DNA of 44,305 bases from an uncultured Bacilli bacterium (GTDB taxonomy: Bacteria; Bacillota_I; Bacilli_A; RF39; UBA660), in the NCBI GenBank assembly GCA_947589275.1, contig CANQAQ010000003.1, forward strand, positions 1-44,305, written 5' to 3'. Each line of letters begins with the position of its first letter. The first letter of the stretch is position 1. The notes beneath the pieces were generated by a model. It had not been told where the DNA came from, did no database searches, and worked only from the letters and a program-made list of their open reading frames with translations. A program made the position numbers and the translations under genes. Shown here one piece after another: positions 1 through 10,161 of the stretch.

Positions 1-80
1 TGCAAGAAAAACTTGCATTTACCTTTATTTTGCATATATTTATTAAAACTTGCATTTTACCTTTTAACTAACTATTTATA

Positions 81-109
81 TTGACAAAGAAATTATTTAA
101 GTTTATAAT
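81..109 (+). promoter_or_regulatory. sigmaA promoter of the valS T-box leader
   Basis: TTGACA (81-86), 17-nt spacer, TATAAT (104-109): perfect consensus. Confidence 0.9.
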
Positions 110-118
110 TTATAAAAA

Positions 119-345
119 GCAATGAATAAGAGGAGTAAAATATAATATTATTTAAGAGAGTTAGTATTTGGTGAAAACTAATATAATATATATTTGAAGG
201 TAGCTTATTGGCTTAATATTTGAAACTAAGTAGAATATTACGTATTATATGCGTTAAATATAAAAGAGCATAGAATATCTATGAAGTAAGGTGGTACCGC
301 TATAATTAGTCCTTACATCATAGATATTTTTTATCTTAGAAGGAG
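119..345 (+). ncRNA. T-box riboswitch, Val specifier
   Basis: Stem I with AGAGA and GGTGAAA motifs; specifier GTA (200-202); stem II S-turn; antiterminator AAGG-TGGTACC-GC (292-298 bulge) pairing with GTCCTT; upstream of valS. Confidence 0.93.
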
Positions 346-353
346 ATTAAAAT

Positions 354-2915
354 ATGTTAGATACTAAATATAATCATAAAAATGTTGAAGAAGGAAAGTA
401 TTCATATTGGATGAAAAAAGGATATTTTTTATCAGGTGATAAATCAAAACCACCTTTTTCTATGATTCTTCCACCACCTAATGTAACTGGAAAATTACAC
501 ATTGGCCATGCAATGGATGTATCAATTCAAGATATAATTGCAAGATACAAGAGAATGAATGGTTATGATGTATTATGGCTTCCTGGAATGGATCATGCAG
601 CTATTGCAACAGAAGCAAAAGTAGTTGCTAAATTAAAAGAACAAGGTATAAATAAATATGAACTTGGTCGTGAAGGTTTCTTAAAAAAATCTTGGGAATG
701 GAAAGAAGAATATGCACAAAGCATAAGACAACAATGGTCAAAAATGGGAATAAGTTTAGATTATTCTAAAGAAAGATTTACATTGGATGAAGTAAGTGTT
801 AAAGCAGTTAATCATGTTTTTATTACTTTATATGAAAAAGGATTAATATATAAGGGTAAAAAAATAATTAATTGGGATCCAGTTGCTAAAACAGCATTAT
901 CAAATGAAGAGGTTATATATAAAGATGTAGAAGGTGCATTTTATCATATTAAATATTATATAGAAAATGAAGATAAATATTTAGATGTAGCAACAACACG
1001 TCCTGAGACATTATTTGGTGATACTGCAGTTGCAGTTAATCCAAAGGATGAAAGATATAATTATTTAATAGGAAAAAATGTAATACTTCCAATAGTAAAT
1101 AAATTAATTCCTATTGTAGGTGATGAACATGCTGACATGGAAAAAGGAACAGGTGTAGTTAAAATTACTCCAGCACATGACCCTAATGACTTTGAAGTAG
1201 GTAATAGACATAATTTAGATAGAATAGTTGTAATTAATGAAGATGGAACTATGAATGAAAATGCTTTGGAATTTAATAAAATGGATAGATTTGAAGCAAG
1301 AGAAAAATTAGTTGAAAGATTAAAAAAAGAAAATTTACTTATAGATATTGAGAATATTATTCATAGTGTAGGTCATTCTGAAAGAACTAATGCAATAGTA
1401 GAACCATATTTATCAGAGCAGTGGTTTGTAAAAATGGCTCCACTTGCAAAAAAAGTTTTAGAAAATCAAAAAGATAAGGAAAAAAAGGTAAACTTTGTTC
1501 CAAAAAATCAAGAAAAAATATTAGAAAATTGGATGAATGATTGTTATGATTGGTGTATTTCAAGACAATTATGGTGGGGAATTAGAATACCTGCTTGGTA
1601 TAAAGATGGAAAAATGAAAGTACAAGTTGAATCACCAGGTGATGGTTGGATTCAAGATGAAGATGTACTTGATACATGGTTCTCATCTGCATTATGGCCT
1701 TTTTCTACATTAGGATATCCAGATAATACTGAATTATATAAAAGATATTATCCAACTAATGTTCTTGTAACTGGATATGATATTATATTTTTTTGGGTTG
1801 CTAGAATGATATTTCAAGGATTAGAATTTACTAACAGTAGACCATTTAAAGAATGTATAATACATGGTATAGTTCGTGATAAAACAGGTAGAAAAATGAG
1901 TAAAAGTTTAGGTAATGGAATAGATCCAATGGATATGATTGATGAATATGGATGTGATGCACTTAGATTTTTCTTAACAACTAATTCATCTCCTGGTCAA
2001 GATTTAAGATTTGATGTTGAAAAAGTAAAATCAACATGGAATTTTATTAATAAAATATGGAATGCTTCTAGATTTACATTAATGAATACTGAAAATTTAA
2101 AAGAAATAAATCTTTCAAATTTATCTTTTTCAGATAAATGGATACTAACTAGACTAAACGATACTATTAAAGCAGTAACAAAAAATATGGATAAATATGA
2201 ATTTAATAATGCTGGAAGTGAATTATATAGTTTTATTTGGAATGATTTTTGTGACGGATATATAGAGTTTTCAAAATTTAATATTGAAAAAGAAAGTACA
2301 CAAAGTACACTTTTATATGTTTTAACTAATATACTTAAACTACTTCATCCATTTATGCCATTTGTAACAGAAGAAATATATTCAAATTTAAATATAAAAG
2401 ATGCTGAATCAATTATGATTAGTAACTATCCAAAATATGATAGTAATTTAGTTTTTACTGATACTATTAATTTAATGAAAGAAACTAGAGAATTTATTAC
2501 TAAGGTAAGAACTATAAAAAAAGATAATAATATAAAAAAGGATGCAAAATATGAATTTATATCATCAAATGATGAAATTAAATTATTAATATCAAATTGC
2601 TTAAAATTAACTAATGATAATATATTAAAAGATAATAAAGATGAATACACTAAATTAGAAATTACATCAAATACAAAGTCATTAAAAAATAATTTAATTT
2701 ATTATTATAAAGAGAGTATGGATGAGAAAAATAAATTAATAGAAGATTTAAATAAAGAAAAAATAAGATTAGAGAATTCTATACTAAAAAGAGAAAAATT
2801 ATTATCTAATCCTGGATATATTAAAAATGCACCTAGTGAATTAATAAAACTAGAAAAAACGAAATTAGAAAATGAAAAAATTGCTTTTTTAGAAATAATT
2901 AATAAATTAAAATAA
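354..2915 (+). CDS. valS: Valine--tRNA ligase
   Basis: [36 protein letters not shown]; SD AGGAG at 341-345. Confidence 0.98.
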   Translation: MLDTKYNHKNVEEGKYSYWMKKGYFLSGDKSKPPFSMILPPPNVTGKLHIGHAMDVSIQDIIARYKRMNGYDVLWLPGMDHAAIATEAKVVAKLKEQGINKYELGREGFLKKSWEWKEEYAQSIRQQWSKMGISLDYSKERFTLDEVSVKAVNHVFITLYEKGLIYKGKKIINWDPVAKTALSNEEVIYKDVEGAFYHIKYYIENEDKYLDVATTRPETLFGDTAVAVNPKDERYNYLIGKNVILPIVNKLIPIVGDEHADMEKGTGVVKITPAHDPNDFEVGNRHNLDRIVVINEDGTMNENALEFNKMDRFEAREKLVERLKKENLLIDIENIIHSVGHSERTNAIVEPYLSEQWFVKMAPLAKKVLENQKDKEKKVNFVPKNQEKILENWMNDCYDWCISRQLWWGIRIPAWYKDGKMKVQVESPGDGWIQDEDVLDTWFSSALWPFSTLGYPDNTELYKRYYPTNVLVTGYDIIFFWVARMIFQGLEFTNSRPFKECIIHGIVRDKTGRKMSKSLGNGIDPMDMIDEYGCDALRFFLTTNSSPGQDLRFDVEKVKSTWNFINKIWNASRFTLMNTENLKEINLSNLSFSDKWILTRLNDTIKAVTKNMDKYEFNNAGSELYSFIWNDFCDGYIEFSKFNIEKESTQSTLLYVLTNILKLLHPFMPFVTEEIYSNLNIKDAESIMISNYPKYDSNLVFTDTINLMKETREFITKVRTIKKDNNIKKDAKYEFISSNDEIKLLISNCLKLTNDNILKDNKDEYTKLEITSNTKSLKNNLIYYYKESMDEKNKLIEDLNKEKIRLENSILKREKLLSNPGYIKNAPSELIKLEKTKLENEKIAFLEIINKLK

Positions 2916-2939
2916 ATAGTTTTCTTAAACTATTTTTTT
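2914..2939 (+). terminator. Intrinsic terminator after valS
   Basis: aaatagttt-tctt-aaactattt followed by a T run. Confidence 0.7.
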
Positions 2940-2992
2940 CTTTTAAATAAATAAAATGTGTTGTATAATAGTGTTAATAGGAGATGAGGTTT

Positions 2993-5359
2993 ATGAATTA
3001 TTGTGGTAATTGTGGTTCTAAACTAACTAAAGATAGTAAATTTTGTTCAAAATGTGGTAATCCTACAGAATTAGGCATTAAAAAAATAAATGAAGAAAAT
3101 GAAAAAAAATTTAAACAAAAGCAAAAAAGAAATGAAGAAAAGGTTCAAAAACTAATATTAAATACAGGTATATCACTAATTGTAATAGCAAGTTTAATAT
3201 TTACCTTATTTTCTTTTAAAAATATATCTGATTTATTTAAAGTAATATTTTTATTTGTAGAATCTATTGTATTTATTTATATATCTATTTTACTTAAGAA
3301 AAATACAAAATCTGGTTATAAAGCATTATTTGCTATCGGTGTTATTATAATTCCTATAATTCTTATATTATTAACTAGTAATTCTTTACTTGGTGCATAT
3401 AGTTTTATGAATGGTGCTGGAATTTATATTTATTTATCAATATCATTTTTATTATGTTCAGTAATATATTTATTAAGTTATAAATTTATAAAATCAAAAT
3501 TATATTTATATTTATCATATATATTTCTTAATTCATCAGTAATATTTTTTGTATCAATAATTAATGAAGTAAATAATATTAGTAGAAATATATCTAATAA
3601 TGTAGAATTTACGTCACTATTAGGTTTTAATTTAATTATTCTAATTATATTATCAATTAAAAAAGATTCAATATTATTAAAAACATTTATAAATTACTTA
3701 AGATTATTTTTAGTAATAGCTTATATATATTTTATGGTTTTAATTTTTATTAATAATCCACTTATGTTTAAATTAATAGATATGATTTTATATCTTGCTA
3801 TTTCATATATTGTTATTATTAAAAGTATAAATAGTAATTCAAATGCTATATTACCAGTATTTATTAATTTAGTAACAATTGTATTTATTAATAATTTATT
3901 ATCTAATTATAATAATGTTTCTATATTTGTTTCAGTATTAGCAATACTACTAATATTCTTTATAAATTATTTAGTAAAAAATAAATGCTTTAAAATATTA
4001 AATTATATAGTAACAATATTATCTACAGTAATAATGTTTTTTATCGCATCACACTATAGTTATAAAGTATTACTTATTTGTTCAATAATAACATTATTAT
4101 CAAGTTTATTTATATATAAAATAGAAGAAGAAAAATCATATAAAAATATAATCTCAACTTTAATTATTGCAAATATATATATTATTGTTTATTCATTAAT
4201 TAAAACAATAACATTAACAAAAAGTATATATATTCCATTAATCGCAAGTATAATATATTCTCTTATATATGTTATTTTAAAAACAAAAAATATTAAAATA
4301 TATAAAACATATGAATTTATATCATATGCATTAATATTAATATCTTCATTATCATTTAACAATTATAATTTAGTTTTTAATATATTAAACGAAATAGTAT
4401 GGGTATATTATTTTACATTAAAACTATTATTTGATGATGAAAGTGATATTAGAAACTTATTACTTGCATTTACAATTATTAATTTATTTTTAATACTTGT
4501 TAGATTTGATATAAAGTTATATTATGTATTATTATCTTTTGCTATGTTATTTACATTTATAGGTATGATATCCTATAATATTAAAAAATTAAATAAAAAA
4601 GTATTTGATATATTATCAATAATATTAATATTATTAACAACATTATTTAATTTTAATAACTATATTATAATGGCATTATGTATAAATATACTTTTATATT
4701 GTTATATATATATAAGTATATTTAAAGATAAAAATATTAATTTTATCTTTAAATTTATATATACTTTAGCTGGTTTTATAATAATTTATAAATTATTTGG
4801 TTACTTTATTAATGTTGATGTAATATCATCTTTATTATCAATTATTACATTTATATTAATAATAATTACTATGTATTTAATGAGAGTAGATGATGATAGA
4901 AAAATTATGTGTTACTTAATTACACTATTTTATCCATACTACGTATTAATTAGTAATATAAATATATTATCAGAATATAGTTTAAGTCTTTTATTAACTC
5001 CTATATTAATTTTTTACATATTTATATTTAGTGAAAAAATTATTAAATTTAATGATAATTCATTAAAAAACATATTTCAAATTATTTTTCTTTCAGTAAT
5101 ATATTTAATTATATTATCAAATTTACATAATGGTACAATTATATACATATATAGTTTGTTATTATCTGTAATATATGTAATATATGGAATATTAAAAAAT
5201 AATAGTTCAATTATAACTTTTGGTTGTATAACTTTATTATTAACAACAATATTATTATTTTTCCAGGTATCAAATAGTTTAGTTATTGTATTTAGTATAT
5301 TATTTATAGGTGTTAGTTTAATAACATATATTTCAATGAAAGAATCAAAAAAGCATTAG
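2993..5359 (+). CDS. Zinc-ribbon domain polytopic membrane protein (DUF2157-like)
   Basis: N-terminal CxxC-x10-CxxC, then many hydrophobic segments; start moved to ATG 2993 because SD AGGAG (2979-2983) abuts ATG 2984. Confidence 0.7.
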   Translation: MNYCGNCGSKLTKDSKFCSKCGNPTELGIKKINEENEKKFKQKQKRNEEKVQKLILNTGISLIVIASLIFTLFSFKNISDLFKVIFLFVESIVFIYISILLKKNTKSGYKALFAIGVIIIPIILILLTSNSLLGAYSFMNGAGIYIYLSISFLLCSVIYLLSYKFIKSKLYLYLSYIFLNSSVIFFVSIINEVNNISRNISNNVEFTSLLGFNLIILIILSIKKDSILLKTFINYLRLFLVIAYIYFMVLIFINNPLMFKLIDMILYLAISYIVIIKSINSNSNAILPVFINLVTIVFINNLLSNYNNVSIFVSVLAILLIFFINYLVKNKCFKILNYIVTILSTVIMFFIASHYSYKVLLICSIITLLSSLFIYKIEEEKSYKNIISTLIIANIYIIVYSLIKTITLTKSIYIPLIASIIYSLIYVILKTKNIKIYKTYEFISYALILISSLSFNNYNLVFNILNEIVWVYYFTLKLLFDDESDIRNLLLAFTIINLFLILVRFDIKLYYVLLSFAMLFTFIGMISYNIKKLNKKVFDILSIILILLTTLFNFNNYIIMALCINILLYCYIYISIFKDKNINFIFKFIYTLAGFIIIYKLFGYFINVDVISSLLSIITFILIIITMYLMRVDDDRKIMCYLITLFYPYYVLISNINILSEYSLSLLLTPILIFYIFIFSEKIIKFNDNSLKNIFQIIFLSVIYLIILSNLHNGTIIYIYSLLLSVIYVIYGILKNNSSIITFGCITLLLTTILLFFQVSNSLVIVFSILFIGVSLITYISMKESKKH

Positions 5360-5371
5360 TAATGCTTTTTT
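5347..5371 (+). terminator. Intrinsic terminator
   Basis: aaaaaagcatta/taatgctttttt inverted repeat overlapping the stop codon. Confidence 0.7.
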
Positions 5372-5424
5372 ATTTGCAATTTATACATATTTTTGGTATT
5401 ATACGCTTAAATAGAGGTGGTATT

Positions 5425-6117
5425 TTGGAGTCATATTATACGACTATATTAAATATAAAAAATAAAGATTATCTTAATATGTTAAAAAAATTAAGTATTT
5501 ATTATAAATATGGTAAAGTAGCTGGTGATAAAATTATTAGTAACGATTTGGATAATTGCATTAGTTATGAAAATATTGCAGATTTTTTATATGAGTTTAT
5601 AGAATCAAATAAGATATTACTAAATTTTTATTTAAGTCAAGGTCTAAATCCCAATGCAAAAATTATTGAGTTTGTTCCATCCTCACTTCTTTCATTTCAA
5701 AATACTGGTCAATTGCAGCACATAACTTCTATAATAAAATATAGAAAAAATACAGATCAATTTGGAGAATATTATATTGGTACTTTAAAAAAATCAGGTT
5801 TTAATATTCATGATGATTTTGCATATGAGCCAAAAGATTATGATACAGTTTTAAATAATTCAATAATTGATATACTAAAAAATTTTAATGGGGAACACGA
5901 TTTTATATCAGATGTTCATGGTATTAAATTTGCAGAAGATAATGATTATAACTTTTTTAGTGGTTATGCAATTAAAAATTCAAGTTTACTTAGAGATTAT
6001 ATAATTGAAGATTTTATTAAATCAATTGAAAAAACGACAGTACCACATGAGTGTATACTTTTTAAAAGGGAAAATGATTATACACTTGGACTTGTAAAAA
6101 GGAATTTAGAAGATTAA
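5425..6117 (+). CDS. Hypothetical protein (about 230 aa)
   Basis: Long ORF; promoter TTGCAA-N17-TATTAT (5374-5402) and SD GAGGTG support a TTG start at 5425 rather than ATG 5362; no recognised motif. Confidence 0.65.
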   Translation: MESYYTTILNIKNKDYLNMLKKLSIYYKYGKVAGDKIISNDLDNCISYENIADFLYEFIESNKILLNFYLSQGLNPNAKIIEFVPSSLLSFQNTGQLQHITSIIKYRKNTDQFGEYYIGTLKKSGFNIHDDFAYEPKDYDTVLNNSIIDILKNFNGEHDFISDVHGIKFAEDNDYNFFSGYAIKNSSLLRDYIIEDFIKSIEKTTVPHECILFKRENDYTLGLVKRNLED

Positions 6118-6180
6118 ATTGAATATATAAAAATAAAATGATAAAAATATAAATAGGTGTAAACATAGTATATATGTTTA

Positions 6181-6209
6181 TTGATATTTAAAACCTTTTT
6201 TGGTATAAT
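6181..6209 (+). promoter_or_regulatory. sigmaA promoter of the Ala T-box leader
   Basis: TTGATA-N17-TATAAT with extended TG. Confidence 0.8.
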
Positions 6210-6237
6210 TAAGTTGTTTTTATAATATATTTTTAAA

Positions 6238-6437
6238 ACTATGATAAGTAAAAAGTAATTAATATATTATTTTAAGAGAGTTAGTATTTGGTGAAAACTA
6301 ATAATAATTATTAATGAAAGCTATACTTTAGTGTAATTAATATTTACCGGTTACCCGTTATCTAATTAAGTAAAAAAAAGGATGGTACCGTCATTTTGAC
6401 TCCTTTATGTGTACTATTCTTTTCTTTATATAGGAGG
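6238..6437 (+). ncRNA. T-box riboswitch, Ala specifier
   Basis: Stem I AGAGA/GGTGAAA; specifier GCT (6320-6322); CCGTTA motif; antiterminator AAAGGA-TGGTACC-GTCA/TGAC-TCCTTT; upstream of the operon containing alaS. Confidence 0.92.
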
Positions 6438-6442
6438 ATTTT

Positions 6443-6994
6443 ATGAATAATTTAATTGCGATTGTTGGAATGTGTGGTTCTGGAAAAAGTACTGCAACAG
6501 CATTTTTTAAAGAAAATGGATATAAAGTAATATATTTTGGGGAAGTAACTATTAATAAATTAATAGAAGAAAACCTAAAAATAAATTCAGAAAATGAACA
6601 AATGATGAGAGAAAGATTAAGAGAAGAATTAGGAATGGGTGCATATGCAATTATTCTTCTTGAGGAAATAAAAAAATCATTAGAAAATAATAATGTAGTA
6701 CTTGATGGTGTTTATTCATGGAGTGAACTTAAAATATTAAATGATAATTTTCCTAATTTAAAGGTTATTGCTATAGTAACAGATAGAAATTTAAGATATT
6801 CTAGGCTTAAAAAAAGAAATAATAGACCATTTACTTATGATGAATCAGAAAAAAGAGATATTTCAGAAATTGAAAATATAGAAAAGGGTGGCCCAATCGC
6901 ATATGCAGATTATTATATAACTAATAATAGTGATATTAATGAATATAGTAAACGTTTGGAGTATTTATATAATACTATAGAAAAGAGGAATTAA
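6443..6994 (+). CDS. P-loop nucleotide-kinase-fold protein (UPF0200/CoaE-like, AAA_17 type)
   Basis: Walker A GMCGSGKST, VVLDG, lid motif RYSRLKKR, C-terminal ADYYITN; SD AGGAGG. Confidence 0.75.
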   Translation: MNNLIAIVGMCGSGKSTATAFFKENGYKVIYFGEVTINKLIEENLKINSENEQMMRERLREELGMGAYAIILLEEIKKSLENNNVVLDGVYSWSELKILNDNFPNLKVIAIVTDRNLRYSRLKKRNNRPFTYDESEKRDISEIENIEKGGPIAYADYYITNNSDINEYSKRLEYLYNTIEKRN

Positions 6995-6995
6995 A

Positions 6996-8738
6996 ATGGA
7001 TTTAAAAGATTTATATATAAATTTTTTTATAAGCAAGGGACATAAACAAATTCCTTCTGCACCAGTAGTACCTGAAAATGATCCATCAGTACTTTTTAAT
7101 ACTGCTGGTATGCAACCACTTATTCCATATTTAATGGGACAACCTCATCCATATGGAACAAGGTTATGTGATTATCAAAAATGTATAAGAACAAATGATT
7201 TAGATTCTATAGGAGATTCAACACACCAAACTTTTTTTGAAATGTTAGGAAACTGGAGTTTAGGAGATTATTTTAAAGATGAAAGTATTACATGGTCGTT
7301 TGAATTTTTAACGAAAGTATTAAATATTCCAGTAGATCATTTAGCAGTTACAGTTTTTAGTGGAAATAACCTTATTCCTTTTGATAGTGAAAGTTATAAT
7401 AAATGGTTAAATTTAGGAATAGAAGAAGGACATATTGCTAAAACTGTTGATGATAATTTTTGGATTGCAGGAGAAACAGGACCTTGTGGACCAGATACAG
7501 AAATATTTTATTTTAGAAGTAATGATAAAGTACCTACTACATTTGATCTAAAAGATGAAAGATGGGTTGAAATATGGAATAATGTATTTATGGAGTACTA
7601 TAAGGATGAAAATGGTAATATAACTGATTTACCTAAAAAGAATGTAGATACAGGTATGGGTGTTGAACGTATGGTATCTATATTAGAAGGTGTAAATGAT
7701 AATTATTTATCAAGTATATGGACTAATGTAATTTCAATAATTGAAGAAATATCAAATAAGAAATATGAAGATAATAAAGAAAGTATGAGGATAATTGCTG
7801 ATCATATTAGAACAGCAGTATTTATATCTTCTGATCCATCTTCAATAAAACCAAGTAATACAGATCAAGGATATATTCTTAGAAGATTAATAAGAAGGGC
7901 TATAAGACATGCAAAAAAACTAGGAATAGATATAAATAGTAATTTTGAAGAACAAATAGCAAGAGTTATAATTAATCAATATAAAAAATATTATAGTGAA
8001 TTATCTGAAAATGAAAATGTTGTATATGAAGTTTTAAAAAATGAAAAGATAAAATTTAATCGTACTTTAGAAAAAGGTTTAAGAGAGTTTGAAAAAATAG
8101 TTATAAATAATAGTGAAATTGATGGCACTACAGCATTTCATCTATTTGATACTTATGGATTTCCAATTGAGTTAACTGTTGAATTAGCTAATGAAAGAAA
8201 TATAAAAGTTGATATTGAAGGATTTAAATCTAAGTTTAAAGAACATCAAGAATTATCAAGAACTGCATCTATAGGTAAGTTTAAAGGTGGTCTTGCTGGA
8301 AATAGTGAGATTGAAACAAAATATCATACTGCAACTCATTTACTTAATGCAGCGCTCAAAATAGTAGTAAATAAAGATGTTCATCAAAAAGGTTCAAATA
8401 TAACACCTGAAAGACTTCGTTTTGATTTCTCATGTGATCATAAACTTACAGATGAAGAAAAGTTAAAAACTGAAGAATTAGTTAATAAATGGATAAAAGA
8501 TTCTCTTGAAGTAAGTAAATGTGAAATGAGTAAAGAAGATGCTATAAAAGGTGGAGCAGAATGTATGTTCATTGAAAAATATCCAGATATAGTAACAGTT
8601 TATTCTATAGGTGATGTATCAAAAGAGTTATGTGGCGGACCACATGTAAAAAATACTAGTGAACTTGGTGAATTTAAGATTATTAAAGAAGAAGCTTCAT
8701 CATCAGGAGTTAGAAGAATAAAGGCAGTATTAAAGTAG
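6996..8738 (+). CDS. alaS: Alanine--tRNA ligase, short form lacking the C-Ala domain
   Basis: FNTAGMQP, HQTFFEMLGN, DTGMGVER, editing HTATH and ELCGGPH; ends at GVRRIKAV (580 aa). Confidence 0.97.
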   Translation: MDLKDLYINFFISKGHKQIPSAPVVPENDPSVLFNTAGMQPLIPYLMGQPHPYGTRLCDYQKCIRTNDLDSIGDSTHQTFFEMLGNWSLGDYFKDESITWSFEFLTKVLNIPVDHLAVTVFSGNNLIPFDSESYNKWLNLGIEEGHIAKTVDDNFWIAGETGPCGPDTEIFYFRSNDKVPTTFDLKDERWVEIWNNVFMEYYKDENGNITDLPKKNVDTGMGVERMVSILEGVNDNYLSSIWTNVISIIEEISNKKYEDNKESMRIIADHIRTAVFISSDPSSIKPSNTDQGYILRRLIRRAIRHAKKLGIDINSNFEEQIARVIINQYKKYYSELSENENVVYEVLKNEKIKFNRTLEKGLREFEKIVINNSEIDGTTAFHLFDTYGFPIELTVELANERNIKVDIEGFKSKFKEHQELSRTASIGKFKGGLAGNSEIETKYHTATHLLNAALKIVVNKDVHQKGSNITPERLRFDFSCDHKLTDEEKLKTEELVNKWIKDSLEVSKCEMSKEDAIKGGAECMFIEKYPDIVTVYSIGDVSKELCGGPHVKNTSELGEFKIIKEEASSSGVRRIKAVLK

Positions 8739-8748
8739 GTGTATTATT

Positions 8749-9822
8749 ATGAAAAAAAAGAAAAATATTTTATTTATCATTCCAGTTTTAGTTTTAATTA
8801 TCATGTTATCTTGTATAGTATTTTGCTATATAAATACTATGCCAATATCAGATAAAAATGAAAAAGTAGTTTTTAAAATTGAAAAAGGTAGTTCTATTAC
8901 AGATATAATTAAAATTTTAAAAGATAAAAACCTTATTAGAAGTGAAAAGTTTACACTAATGTATACAAGAATAAATGAAATAAATGATCTGAAAGCTGGT
9001 AATTATGTAATAAGTAAAAATATGGGTTTAAAAGATATATTTTATGTTCTTAAAAATGGTAGTAATGTAAAAGATGAAACTATAATGATAACATTTAATG
9101 AAGGAAAAAATATGAGAGGTTTTGCTAAAATTATTGATGAAAAAACTTCAAATAGTTATGATGATGTATTTAATCTATTAAATGATAAAGAATATATTAA
9201 TAGCCTAATAAATGATTATTGGTTTTTAGATTCAAGTATATTAAATGAAAATATATATTATCCTCTAGAGGGATATTTAGCACCTGATACATATGAATTT
9301 AAATTAGATGCAAGTGTAAAAGATATATTTAAAAAACTACTTGATCAAACTGATATAGTTTTATCAAAATATAAAACAGAGATTGAAAATAGTAATTTTT
9401 CTATTCATGAAATTATTACTTTAGCATCTATGGTTGAAAGTGAAGGAGTAACATTAGAAGATAGAAAAAATATAGCAGGTGTATTTATGAATAGACTTAA
9501 TAATAATATGAGTTTAGGTAGTGATGTAACTACTTATTATGCTGCTAAGGTTGATATTGGAGAAAGAGATTTATATAATTCTGAGATAAATGATTCAAAT
9601 CCATATAATACTAGATCTAGTTCTAATATTGGTAAACTTCCAGTAGGTCCAATATGTAATCCTAGTAGTGATTCAATTTTAGCATCTATTGAATATAATA
9701 CTAATGATTATTTATATTTTGTTGCTGATAAAAATATGAAAGTATATTTTACAAAAACTGATTCTGAACATAATAAAATAATAAAAGAATTAAAATCTAG
9801 TGGTCTTTGGTATGAATATTAA
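8749..9822 (+). CDS. mltG: Endolytic transglycosylase MltG
   Basis: N-terminal TM, LEGYLAPDTY, LASMVESE, VFMNRL, PYNT, LPVGPICNP, YLYFV. Confidence 0.93.
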   Translation: MKKKKNILFIIPVLVLIIMLSCIVFCYINTMPISDKNEKVVFKIEKGSSITDIIKILKDKNLIRSEKFTLMYTRINEINDLKAGNYVISKNMGLKDIFYVLKNGSNVKDETIMITFNEGKNMRGFAKIIDEKTSNSYDDVFNLLNDKEYINSLINDYWFLDSSILNENIYYPLEGYLAPDTYEFKLDASVKDIFKKLLDQTDIVLSKYKTEIENSNFSIHEIITLASMVESEGVTLEDRKNIAGVFMNRLNNNMSLGSDVTTYYAAKVDIGERDLYNSEINDSNPYNTRSSSNIGKLPVGPICNPSSDSILASIEYNTNDYLYFVADKNMKVYFTKTDSEHNKIIKELKSSGLWYEY

Positions 9823-9915
9823 AGAATTTATTAAAATATAAATTCTTTTTCTTTAATCTTTCTTTTTATAAAGCTTTATGATATACTAATTTTATGTATT
9901 TAAAGAGGTGATTTT

Positions 9916-10161
9916 ATGGACTCAAATACTACAAGTATTTTTGATATATCAGATATAGATGATGTATTAGTTGAAGATGTACTTAATGATGTTTATAGTG
10001 CACTAGAAGAAAAAGGATATAATGCAATTAATCAAATTGTAGGATATATAATTAGTGGTGATCCAGGTTATATATCAACATATAAAGAGTCAAGGAAAAA
10101 AATATCTAAACTTGAAAGAACTCAAATTGTAGAAGTTCTTCTTAGAAATTATATGAAATAA
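9916..10161 (+). CDS. IreB/ReoM (UPF0297) regulatory phosphoprotein
   Basis: VYSALEEKGYNAINQIVGYIISGDPGYI. Confidence 0.93.
   Translation: MDSNTTSIFDISDIDDVLVEDVLNDVYSALEEKGYNAINQIVGYIISGDPGYISTYKESRKKISKLERTQIVEVLLRNYMK

Noticed and set aside
1-64. Possible CRISPR array remnant
   Set aside because: Only two copies of about 19 nt with an 18-nt gap and no cas genes; does not fit repeat/spacer dimensions
6118-6190. Promoter/SD-like sequence and taaacata/tatgttta hairpin before the Ala T-box promoter
   Set aside because: It leads only to a 5-codon ORF and is most simply a weak terminator of the upstream gene
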